From NCBI GenBank assembly GCA_963801355.1, contig CAWDEM010000008.1:2112001-2176000 (forward strand): a stretch of DNA of 64,000 nt, written 5' to 3'. Below, piece by piece: positions 18,635 through 28,600 of the stretch; the first letter of the stretch is position 1; the number at the start of each line of letters is the position of its first letter. The notes below the pieces were generated by a model. It saw only the letters and a program-made list of their open reading frames with translations, did not search any database and had not been told where the DNA came from. A program made the position numbers and the translations under genes. This DNA is from Ignavibacteriota bacterium. GTDB lineage: Bacteria; Bacteroidota; Ignavibacteria; UBA10030; UBA6906.

Positions 18635-20428
18635 TTATTTCAAAAGCATCATTGTTCGCGTTTCGACATACTCTCCGGCTGTCATCCGGTACAGATACAC
18701 TCCGGAAGCAAGTCCTGCGCCATCGAACTTCACTGTGTAGGCTCCCGGTTCCTTCGCTTCATCCACCAGCGCGGCAACCTCCCGCCCGAGCATATCGTAC
18801 ACTACGAGTCGCACCCACCTCGTGCCCATTGACTCGTGCCCATTGCCTGTAGCCGGCAGGCTGTAGCCTATGGTCGTGCTCGGATTGAACGGATTCGGAT
18901 AGTTCTGATGCAGCGCAAACGATGTTGGGGTGTGCTCATTTGCGGCGACCGCACTCGTACCCGGGACAAGACCATCAAGCGCAGTCTTGAGCGTGTCGCG
19001 AGCCTGTCCCAGCGCATCGGCAGCAGAGACCGAGGCCGAGTAGTCCCGTGTCATCGCTCCCTTAGCGGAGGCGATCGCCGCGACCAGCCTCGCCCATGAC
19101 CCTGCCGTGAATGTGCCTTCCTGTATGGTGTCTGCATAGGCGATCATTGAGTCCAGAGCATTATAGGCGATCCCGACCCCTACGGCAGCATAGAACGCCG
19201 GCTTGCACCGATCCAGCGAATCCCAGAACGAGGAATTTGGTACGAATGTATACCTGTCGTTCAGACCATCTTTGGTGAAATTCACGATTTTCCCGCGGCC
19301 TGAACGAGAGCTTCTTTCTACAAAACATTTTAACAGCGCCCCGACCTGATTCGCCTGCGCTGCCAATCCTTCGGACGTGTAGCTGTTGGGTTTCACGTCA
19401 AATTCCGTTACAGCCATCTCGCTGCAGACGGTATCGAATTTAGCGTACGAGGCTTTCCATTGCGCAGCAGTCGGTGATGCTATGGCATCATGCTCCTGCA
19501 TGCCGATGCCATCCAGATATCCCGCGCGAAAGATGGGGCCACAGATCCTGACAATCCCGTCGGCTTTGTTTGCATCGTGAGTACTGTAGTCATTGTAGTA
19601 CAGCTTGATCTGCGTTTCGCCATAGTGCATGGTGTAGTTGCGGGCAAACTCGAACGCCTTCATGATATACGTGTTGTCGCCAAAGGTTGTGTACCATTCA
19701 TTATTGGCTGAGCGATCGGTCCCGGTGACGTCGTTCACTGCTTCATTCACAACATCACAAGCGAGCAGCACTCCCGGCCATCCTTCATGAATCAGTCTGA
19801 TCACTTCTTTGATGTAGTTCTCCAGACGGCTTGTCATCTTTTCTTTCGTCAGACGTGTACCAGAGGATGCGTAACCCTCTCGAAAGAAACCGGTGCCCGG
19901 GGTTTGACTGTACCACACCAGCGTATGGCCGCGCATCTTGAATCCTTGCCTCTGCGCCCAGTTGAGCTGCGCAATCAGGTTTCCGTTGAACTTGATGATG
20001 GGGTGGATGTTGATTGAGTCTTTCCCCGCTTGCGTTGTTGCCGCATTGTAGGCCGTAGCACTGCCGGTGAGATCCACGGTAAATTGGGGCTTCATGTTGT
20101 TGCCCGGACCCATGGAATTCATGTGGTACCGTATCAAATAGCCACCGTTCGTATCAACCACACTCGACTGGCCGATCACGTACGGGTCAGAGGAAAACCC
20201 GATGTGTGTATAGGACAACAGGCAGCCCACATAGAAGTCCCTGGCAAAGACATTTTTCAGGGCAGGGACATTTGTTTGTATCGTGTCCTGTACGCCGGCA
20301 CGCACGGAAGCAACAGTCAGGAGGGTCATGCACACAATTGCCACGATCCTCAGCGGCAGGGCCATCGAACGACCGGCCGCGTGCCTGTTCTCTGTTTTCC
20401 TTTCACACATCAGCGCAATTCTTTTCAT
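18635..20428 (-). CDS. Divergent GH10 xylanase with FIVAR-like helical module and T9SS CTD
   Basis: MRGHTLVWYSQTP, CDVVNEA, KLYYNDY, DGIGMQEH, AVTEFDV, NYPNPFNP; SD AGGAG before ATG 20428. Confidence 0.85.
   Translation of the reverse strand: MKRIALMCERKTENRHAAGRSMALPLRIVAIVCMTLLTVASVRAGVQDTIQTNVPALKNVFARDFYVGCLLSYTHIGFSSDPYVIGQSSVVDTNGGYLIRYHMNSMGPGNNMKPQFTVDLTGSATAYNAATTQAGKDSINIHPIIKFNGNLIAQLNWAQRQGFKMRGHTLVWYSQTPGTGFFREGYASSGTRLTKEKMTSRLENYIKEVIRLIHEGWPGVLLACDVVNEAVNDVTGTDRSANNEWYTTFGDNTYIMKAFEFARNYTMHYGETQIKLYYNDYSTHDANKADGIVRICGPIFRAGYLDGIGMQEHDAIASPTAAQWKASYAKFDTVCSEMAVTEFDVKPNSYTSEGLAAQANQVGALLKCFVERSSRSGRGKIVNFTKDGLNDRYTFVPNSSFWDSLDRCKPAFYAAVGVGIAYNALDSMIAYADTIQEGTFTAGSWARLVAAIASAKGAMTRDYSASVSAADALGQARDTLKTALDGLVPGTSAVAANEHTPTSFALHQNYPNPFNPSTTIGYSLPATGNGHESMGTRWVRLVVYDMLGREVAALVDEAKEPGAYTVKFDGAGLASGVYLYRMTAGEYVETRTMMLLK
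18777..18907. repeat. Near-identical copy 1 of T9SS CTD-coding DNA (partner 21641-21771)
   Basis: 101 nt identical (18777-18877 vs 21641-21741); 131 nt with 3 mismatches overall. Confidence 0.9.
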
Positions 20429-20544
20429 TGAGGCTCCTGCTGTCGTATGTGGTTCGGAAAAGTGATATTCATGTACCTACAGTGCGCTGCGTTGTCAGTC
20501 GTCAGTGGCCACATCCTCACCCAACAGCATCCACGGATACCTGA

Positions 20545-21381
20545 CTACCGGCTCCTTATTGCTTGCAGATACTCACACACATCCACCATCGTCGCCACCC
20601 AGATGTCTTTCTCATGCTGTTTCAAGAAAGAGATCAGTTCCCGGTGGTCGGCCAATGACACATTCAGAGAATGCTCTCCACCCACCCCGTGAAAGAGAAA
20701 CACCACCAGCGCGTTCTTCGCCTCTGCTTCGTGCACAAGGCGAATTAGCGCTTCTCCGGACTGCCCGTTGATCATGTACGCACCCACATCGTAAACGTCA
20801 GTGTTGTCAACTGTCTGCATCTTCCCTGTCACTCCACGCGCGCCGGGAAAGAGCCGGGTGACTTCGCCGACATACGATGAGTCGCCGGCTTGTGTATCAC
20901 CGCAGGGATAGGCAAACGTTCTTTGCGTCTTGCCGTCAATTGCCTCGAGCAGCGTATTTGCCATCGCGATTTCATCAACAATGCGCCGGAGAGTGTAGTG
21001 GCTCAGATTGTAGTCCGGCGGCACCCATGCCCTTCCGGGAGCACTTCCCTCGCAGGGATGATACAACGTGTGATTACCGAGTTCATGTCCTCTCTGTGCC
21101 ACGGCAGACCAGTCTTTGATCCGCGCTCTAAAACCGGGAAAGAAACCGGAGATGTAGAAAGTTCCTTTCAGACCGAGAGTATCCAGCGCCGGGACAACCT
21201 TGTCGAGATGGACGTTCAGCCCATCATCATAGGTCAGGACGACTGCACATTTCTTTCCGTGCCATGGTCCGCCCTCCTGTCCCTGCACGGGAAGTTCCAT
21301 GGCAGCCAGCAAGACGATAAGGACGACACAGCGCAGCAGAATCCCTGAAGCACGATGTGAAAAGAGACGATGCGATTCCAT
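20545..21381 (-). CDS. Polysaccharide deacetylase (CE4/NodB-like), exported
   Basis: VVLTYDDG, KGTFY, GHELGNHTLYH, TFAYPCG, VFLFHG; start at ATG 21381 after GAGGG. Confidence 0.85.
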   Translation of the reverse strand: MESHRLFSHRASGILLRCVVLIVLLAAMELPVQGQEGGPWHGKKCAVVLTYDDGLNVHLDKVVPALDTLGLKGTFYISGFFPGFRARIKDWSAVAQRGHELGNHTLYHPCEGSAPGRAWVPPDYNLSHYTLRRIVDEIAMANTLLEAIDGKTQRTFAYPCGDTQAGDSSYVGEVTRLFPGARGVTGKMQTVDNTDVYDVGAYMINGQSGEALIRLVHEAEAKNALVVFLFHGVGGEHSLNVSLADHRELISFLKQHEKDIWVATMVDVCEYLQAIRSR

Positions 21382-21498
21382 TATCCCTCGCGATGTTCCT
21401 GTTACTCTGCCCGCTAATTCGTCACGAACGTTGTGATGCTTGACGGCTCCAGAACTGCGGTGTGGTTCAGCAGGTTTCTTTTCATCAGGGACTTTCAT

Positions 21499-23808
21499 CT
21501 ATTTCACCAACGCCATCGTTTTGGTCTGCACAAAGCCTCCTGCGGTCAGTCTGTACAAGTATACGCCGCTTGCCAAACCTGCCGCATCAAACTTCACGTG
21601 GTATTCCCCCGGCTCTTTCTTCTCGTCCACAAGCACCATCACCTCCCGCCCGAGCATATCGTACACTACGAGTCGCACCCACCTCGTGCCCATTGACTCG
21701 TGCCCATTGCCTGTAGCCGGCAGGCTGTAGCCTATGGTCGTACTCGGATTGAAGGGATTCGGGTAGTTCTGCTGTAGTTCAAAGGTTCCGGGAAGACCTC
21801 CGTACTGCGGTTCATCCACGGGTGTTGCTTGTCCGGATTCATCCAGGAACGTCAGCCACTGGAGCAAGATGAGACTGCTTGTGCCTGTTCCCCGGAATCG
21901 CACATACACATCATGTACGCCTGAGACGGGCGGAACAACATTCGTTCTGAATGCTTGATATGTAGTCCAGCTCCCCGTATTGCCGACCGTGCATTCGGCA
22001 ATCTTTGTGCCCGAATCAAGTGAATCCCGCCACACTTCAACCACACATCCTGAAGAGGCACACGAGGCAATGAGTTCCAGAGAATCCGGACTTCTCAGGT
22101 ATTGGGCGTTCCCAAATTCCACGCCGGCATAGAGTGCCCAGCCGTTATCCTGCATGTTCTGCAGGCAACTCATTCCATTCCTTTGGACTGATACGGTTGT
22201 CCCATACTGGTTGGCAGGACATTCTGCGAGGATCGGTGTGTATGCATCACGGTACACATAGAAATCAAAGTCGGCTGAATTCCCCTGCACAAACAACCCC
22301 TGCCGGTTCCCCGTCCATGCGTTATAGTTCGGTTGCAGATTTTCCATATCGGATACATTGATGCTGCTGCCTACTGGAATCCAGTGGTGTCCATCGGCGC
22401 TACAATACCCCGTAAGCACATGGTGTACACGAACCAGCTTCAGCCAGACGATGGTCTCACCGTTCGCTGACGGACTGCTGACTTCGTACCGGGTGGTCTT
22501 GTAGCTGAATCCGGCAATCTTCTTTCCTGTACTGTCGATCGAACTGTATAACCTGACATCAAGAGTCTGCAGTCCGTTGAAAATCCAGATCCCTGCCTGA
22601 TCAGTGGCTCTTGTCGCCTGAAAATCCAATCGTGTGATTATCGAATAATTGTGTTCACCATCATTCTTGATAATCGTATTCAGTTTGCCTTTGGGCGACA
22701 ACGTGAGCCACCCCCTGCGCTGGGTCAGAGAATACGAAGTCGAAGGCGTATAGCCCAGGAAGGACCATTCCGGATTCAGCGTGCTGGAATCGAAGAAATC
22801 GGAGTGTGGCACCATCCATGGAATGCCGCTGCTCGGCAGCTTTGGAGCGACTTTGGGAAGATTGATAGGATAGTCGGCAGTGGGTTTGCCAATGGCATCG
22901 TAGTGCACCTGGTTGAGCAATCCCTGCCTGCCCTGACCATACCATTCATTACTGTTTGAAGAGCGCCATAAGGGATGGAGTACCCAGCTCGTACTATCGC
23001 CAAGCATCACCGCAGCCGAGCTGTGATTCGGGTTCTGGAACAATGCCTGCGGTTTCAGGGGATCATTTTCGTTGAAGAAATCGCCCAGATTGACCCATGA
23101 AGATTGATCATCGGTGAGTACACTACTTTTGAACACCTTTTGTCCACCGGCGACATTGCGGGCAAAGCTGTAGTAGTACCAACCCTTGTATTTCCACATG
23201 ACAGGACCTTCTGCCCAGCTGTATGGATATGAGGGTGCCGGGTTGATCCAACATAAATTGTAGATCGCGCCATTGGGCTGACCATCGGTCCCCAGTTGCA
23301 CGATCCAGTTATTTACCTGTCCGTTCTTGACAAGGAGATACCAGCTTCCATCGTCGTCAATGAATATTGAGTTGTCATAGCCCAAACCGGGCACAGCCGC
23401 AGGGCAATTCATGGCTGTTGGAAGGCTCCACGATCCTCTGGGATCATCGGCGGTGACAAAGTACATGGCATTGGCGCGTGAGAAGAAATCCCAGTACTTG
23501 TTGTTGTGGTACACCAGCTGCCCTCCCCAACATCCGCCCGAAGGTGAATCACCGTAGTTCACCCACGCGGCACTCACGGGCTGGGCAATTGCTTCCCAAT
23601 GAACCAGGTCCGTTGAGTGATAGATAACCGGCGTCGGATTGAACGACGAACCGGTTGTGTAGTAGTCATTGCCGACTCTTGTCAATGTGCAGTCAGGGTG
23701 ATCGCCGGGAATAACGGGATTCATGTAGCTCGTGAACGACATCGACTGCCCGAATCCCAGGTTGGTCAACAATGCGAAACAACTCATCAGCGTTGATACT
23801 CGGCGCAT
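21499..23808 (-). CDS. GH43 glycosidase + beta-sandwich + CBM6-like domain + T9SS CTD
   Basis: NPVIPGDHPD, STDLVHW, GYDNSIF, WAEGP; NTGSWTTY...SGVHDVYVRF (CBM6-like); NYPNPFNP. Confidence 0.85.
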   Translation of the reverse strand: MRRVSTLMSCFALLTNLGFGQSMSFTSYMNPVIPGDHPDCTLTRVGNDYYTTGSSFNPTPVIYHSTDLVHWEAIAQPVSAAWVNYGDSPSGGCWGGQLVYHNNKYWDFFSRANAMYFVTADDPRGSWSLPTAMNCPAAVPGLGYDNSIFIDDDGSWYLLVKNGQVNNWIVQLGTDGQPNGAIYNLCWINPAPSYPYSWAEGPVMWKYKGWYYYSFARNVAGGQKVFKSSVLTDDQSSWVNLGDFFNENDPLKPQALFQNPNHSSAAVMLGDSTSWVLHPLWRSSNSNEWYGQGRQGLLNQVHYDAIGKPTADYPINLPKVAPKLPSSGIPWMVPHSDFFDSSTLNPEWSFLGYTPSTSYSLTQRRGWLTLSPKGKLNTIIKNDGEHNYSIITRLDFQATRATDQAGIWIFNGLQTLDVRLYSSIDSTGKKIAGFSYKTTRYEVSSPSANGETIVWLKLVRVHHVLTGYCSADGHHWIPVGSSINVSDMENLQPNYNAWTGNRQGLFVQGNSADFDFYVYRDAYTPILAECPANQYGTTVSVQRNGMSCLQNMQDNGWALYAGVEFGNAQYLRSPDSLELIASCASSGCVVEVWRDSLDSGTKIAECTVGNTGSWTTYQAFRTNVVPPVSGVHDVYVRFRGTGTSSLILLQWLTFLDESGQATPVDEPQYGGLPGTFELQQNYPNPFNPSTTIGYSLPATGNGHESMGTRWVRLVVYDMLGREVMVLVDEKKEPGEYHVKFDAAGLASGVYLYRLTAGGFVQTKTMALVK
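21641..21771. repeat. Near-identical copy 2 of T9SS CTD-coding DNA (partner 18777-18907)
   Basis: Direct comparison of the two segments, offset 2864 nt. Confidence 0.9.
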
Positions 23809-23878
23809 ACTTCTTCAGTCACTGACCATTTGTGATAGCAAAATCTACTTGCATGCTTTGGCCCATACAAAGCAAGAA

Positions 23879-25549
23879 CTATCTGTACGTGTACAACTTC
23901 ACCTTCTGAATGCCATACGCTCCGCCGGGCAGGTGCAGATGTCTCCCCTGGTGATCCTCATCTCCATTCATCCGGCGGCCGGCAACCCACTTCCCGTTCA
24001 CAAAGGCACCCTCTTCCATACTGGCAATCCCCGCGATCACCTCCTTGCCGGATGATGATTGGAACGTGACCACGACGCCGCTCCCCGCAATGGCGAACTC
24101 ATCCTTTGCAGTCATGATGATCATTCCTCCGAACCGAGGTGTGGCGCCTTCGGCGCGAGTTGCGTACGGCCATGTATACTCGTGCTTCACGGTGAAGATA
24201 TAGTCGCCCAACGTGATTTCTGCGGTTTGTGCCGCACTGTCCAGCAGGAATCCGGTCATGGTCCCCGTACCCTGATGTTCGAGAATCAGCGGCGTGAGCT
24301 GATGAAGGATTTCGTATCCCTTGTTGAACTGGCTGTTCCCGGGATCATCAACCGATTCGATGGAAAACGGACTGTACCCCATAGCGTTATGCCTGCCTAG
24401 GGCGTAGAACGCATTGGTGATGCTCTGCCGACGGTCCACTTCGGGTACAAATACCGCGTTCCCGCCGCGGTCGTACTTCCCCAGCCACTCTGCGAAATTC
24501 GGAAAATAGATGTCGGGAGCGAGAAAATCGATGTGGGGGGCCCCCGCCCGCCACACATCCATCAGGTGAGGAAGCGGGCCGGCACTCGGATATTGCCCGG
24601 GTTTATAGTTAGGGCGAATCAAAGCCGCGTTCACAAACATGGGCAACGGGTACTCTTTCTTTCCGGCCTGCGTGACATAGTTCGTGTATCTGGCAAAGTG
24701 CCATGCCATGAAAATCTCGTCGGTTTGCAGCCCCTTGCCGAACACCTGTTCCCATGGTCCCGACGGCTTCATCCCCGTGCCATTCCATGCCTGCTGCAAT
24801 TCTTCAGTCAGGGTGTTCTTGTTCTTCTGAAGGTATGCCAGGAGCTCTTCCGGGACCTGTCGCCCAAATGCTTCCTCCGCTTCCGTACAGTAGTCCCTGG
24901 CATCGGGAATCATCCCGATTTCATTCTCCACCTGAATCATCACGACGGTGTTCTGCTCTCCATCGATTGCCCGGAGGTGTTTCATAAGGGCGGCAAATGC
25001 CTTTGCGTCGGCATTTCTGTTTGCATCGCTGAAGGGGGTGAGAATCTCAACGGCTCGGCCATTGTTGGTACGTGAACGCGGAAACCGTTTCTGGTCCGTT
25101 TTGACCCACTCTGGTGCGTAGCATGACATGCTGTTCTTCCACGAGCCAAACCAGAGGACGACGATCTTCACGTCATTCGTTCGCGCCGCAGCTATGAGGC
25201 CGTCGACAAGCGCGAAATCGAATTGCCCTTCTTTCGGTTCAATAAGCTCCCAGTAGACCGGCATTAGAATCGTATTCACGTGCATCGCTTTCAGCTTCGG
25301 CCAGATGGGCGCCATGTACCTGATGTCCGATGCGCTTGAATTCCCCAGCTCGCCCCCCAGCATGAGGAACGGCGTGTTGCGGACAATCAGTTGGGTTGCC
25401 GTCCCCTGTTTCTTCAAGTGGGGAAGTGCAGAAGTGCTTTGCGGATGGACTGATGCGACACAGGCCATACACATCCACGCAGAGATCATGCTGACCCGAC
25501 ACACTCGGAAGATCAGCGCAGAGGATGCTCTTGTAGAACATATTTTCAT
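23879..25549 (-). CDS. GH35-like beta-galactosidase with DUF5597-type C-terminus
   Basis: PFLMLGGELGNSS, PVYWELIEPKEGQFDF, LWFGSWKNSMSCYAP, MIQVENEIG, APDIY, FVPE, RRMNGDE. Confidence 0.8.
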   Translation of the reverse strand: MKICSTRASSALIFRVCRVSMISAWMCMACVASVHPQSTSALPHLKKQGTATQLIVRNTPFLMLGGELGNSSASDIRYMAPIWPKLKAMHVNTILMPVYWELIEPKEGQFDFALVDGLIAAARTNDVKIVVLWFGSWKNSMSCYAPEWVKTDQKRFPRSRTNNGRAVEILTPFSDANRNADAKAFAALMKHLRAIDGEQNTVVMIQVENEIGMIPDARDYCTEAEEAFGRQVPEELLAYLQKNKNTLTEELQQAWNGTGMKPSGPWEQVFGKGLQTDEIFMAWHFARYTNYVTQAGKKEYPLPMFVNAALIRPNYKPGQYPSAGPLPHLMDVWRAGAPHIDFLAPDIYFPNFAEWLGKYDRGGNAVFVPEVDRRQSITNAFYALGRHNAMGYSPFSIESVDDPGNSQFNKGYEILHQLTPLILEHQGTGTMTGFLLDSAAQTAEITLGDYIFTVKHEYTWPYATRAEGATPRFGGMIIMTAKDEFAIAGSGVVVTFQSSSGKEVIAGIASMEEGAFVNGKWVAGRRMNGDEDHQGRHLHLPGGAYGIQKVKLYTYR

Positions 25550-25604
25550 CGCATTCCACTCTTTCGTCAGGATTCCTTCCTTGTTCAAAGGAGGAGGGAG
25601 AGTT

Positions 25605-25646
25605 AAAAAAAATGCAGCCCGCCACACGGGAGAGACGGGCTGCATT
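25605..25646 (-). terminator. Intrinsic terminator or attenuator after the FG-GAP gene
   Basis: Minus strand AATGCAGCCCG-N14-CGGGCTGCATT followed by a T-run. Confidence 0.8.
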
Positions 25647-25661
25647 CTGCACCACCACCAC

Positions 25662-28600
25662 CTACTTCATAAGCATGAGTTTCTTGACGGAAGTAAATGC
25701 ACTCGAGCCGTCCACAGGCTGAGCTTCCATCCGGTAAATATAGACTCCCGTCGCCAGGCGGGTCGCGTCCCACTGAACGACATACTTGCCCGCCACCTGG
25801 ACGTTGTTCACCAGTGTGGTCACCTCACGGCCGAGGATGTCGAAGATGGTGAGCTTCACATTGGCGCTCGTCGGAACATCGTAACGGATGTTCGTCGACG
25901 GGTTGAAGGGGTTCGGATAGTTTTGCATGAGGCCGAACACCTTCGGAATTTCCGCAAGATCTTCAACGGCGAGAACCGTTCCGGTGGTGAAGAGTCTTGC
26001 GGTCGAATAGTCGCTTACGCCACCGAGGTTCTCAGCCCTCACCTTCCAGTAATAATCCGAGTTCGCAATGAGAGGAGATCTCAGCGTCCACGTCGTGTCT
26101 AATGGAACCGTCGTATCGGCGACAATCGTTGCAAATGCGGCGTCCGTGGCAACCTGGAGGCGATATTTGGTCGCATTAAGAACAGCATTCCAAACAAATC
26201 GCGTCAGACGATTGACACCTGCCGCAGCACTTGCGGGCAACACAGCCCCGGGAACGGCGGGAGCAGCAACGATGGTCGTGAACGCAAAGGTGCCGGTGTA
26301 GTTGCTCGTCCCACCGGCGTTGATGGCCTCCACCTTCCAGGTGTAGTTGGTGAGCTTTGCGAGGCTGTTGAGCCTGTACATCGTATCCGTCGTCGCATAG
26401 GTATTGGTCGCGTTGACGGTTGCAACCTGCAGGTTGTAGCTTGCAGCGCCACTCACCGGCCTCCAGACAAAGAATACGCTATCCGAGATGACATTTTGCG
26501 CGTTGTTCGCCGGCGAGACGAGCGTTGTTCTGCCTGGCGGAGTCATGATGGTGAACACACTGACGGCAGAAAATGCAGACGCCCCAAGATCATTCATCCC
26601 GCGTACGCGCAAATAGAACGTCTGGCCACCGACGAACTGCGCTGTGAAGGTCGTGTCAGCCGTTGAATCATTAACGAAGAACGTGGTGAACGTCGGCTGC
26701 GCCGAGACTTGCCAATGATAACGAGAAGCATCTGTCGTTCTATTAACAGCGAGGGTAAGATTCGCCGGCTGAATCGTGACCCCGGTACCAATCGGATCCC
26801 TAGCAACTACAGACTGAATGTCAGAAGGACTCCAGCCAATGGCAGCTATAGGATCTCCGATGCTATTGCTTTCAAAATTCACCGATAGGCCAACATTCGG
26901 CGTTACGGTTGTATCTACAAGTGTTACATTATCAGCATACCAGATAGTCGTGACTCCAGTACCGCCTACGTCTCCCGTACCTGCACAGTTTATTCCAAAG
27001 GCAACATAGATAGCGTCATGCAGGCTGGAACTGTTGGGTATAGAGACTGAGATATCTTCCCATCCTGTGGAACCCATTTGGGCACGACTCCACGAACCAA
27101 TTTTATTAGCTGCGACATTGGCAAACTGGGCTGTTGGCATTGTTTGGTAGGCTTCAACCACAATGTCCTTGTAACCTACGTCTCCCTGCGCGAAGTAGCC
27201 TTTGAAAGTGAAGCGGCCATAATTCGCCAGAGTCTTTCCGGTCGGTAGGACAAGCTTTAGAACTGGCGCTGCATTGTAATTGTGGATTGTGTTCCGCAGG
27301 ACTTTGTTCGCAGGCGAAACCACAATGGGAACTTCCGCCGCTGCAACACCTACCGTGGTGAAACTGCGAACCGAGGTCCATGGGCTCGTGAATCCGCCGT
27401 TGGTTGCAGCGACGCGCCAGTAGTATTTCGTCGCCTTACCGACAGTGACACTTGTGGTTGTCGTCGCCGCCGTGGCGTCAATCGCCAACAGTTTGGCGTT
27501 GGCGAACGTCTGGTCAAGTGACACCTGGACCCTGTATCCTGTAGCGTTCGTCGCTGCACTCCACTCGAGTGTCACAGGTATCGTCTTGCCGGTCGCACCG
27601 TCATCCGGGCTGAGGAGTGTCAGTGCTCCTGGTATCGCCGAACCTTGTTTGATGGTCCAGTATCTGTCGACGGCGAGTCCTGGGTAGGTAGCTGTTGTGC
27701 CATCAGGCCACTTCACGTCGACCCTGTCGATGGAAGTGTTGATGCCGATGCCGAAGACAGCCCTCGGTTCGCCGTGACCTGCAGCATTGCCTTCTGCCTT
27801 GATGTAGCGGACCTGTTTGAAGGTACCGCCCTGCGTGTACAGTGTGAAGAGGGCGCCGATGGCATTCAAATTATGTCCCGTGCCGACAGGCGTGAAGCCA
27901 ATCCAGTGGTTCGAGTTGCCACTGTTTTTCTGCAACACCGAATTAAGTCCGGTATAGTTGTAGATATCCAGGAAGCCGTCGTTATTGTAGTCAACAAAGC
28001 CTCCCGCTCGCCCGCCCCCCGCAGTCGCCACGTTGTCCTGGTTTGTCACCTCAGTGTACGTGCCGTTGCCGTTGCCCCTGAACAAACGCGTGGTGCCGAA
28101 GGTCGTGCTTGCGTATACATCCGGGATTCCGTCATTATTGTAATCGCCGATGTCCCATGCCCGAATATTGCCCGACGTAGGCAATCCGGCGTCAACGATG
28201 TTTGTCCCGTTCCACTTAAACGTAAATGTGCCGTCTCCCTTTCCGTACACGACAACAATGTTTGTTGCCCTCCTGAGGCCATCATAGTTGTTGGCCTCCG
28301 TCCCGGTCATGATCAGATCCATGTTGCCGTCGTTGTTGAGGTCACCGAATTGGCTGCCAATCGCATTGAAGTGATGCACGGTATCATCCACGATGATGCC
28401 GGTGTCGCCGACCGCCCTGGCAAAGAACGCTCCCGCGGACAGGGAATCGAGCGCATAGAGCGTGCGGCCGAGCGTTGCCGCGGTGGGCACATAGAACTTG
28501 CCCGTGCCATCGTTCAGGAACAGGATGCTTCCTTTTTTGGCGCCGACGGTGTCAGATCCGCCGTTGAACGCTCTGAACCCATGCCGGAAACTTGGCATCC

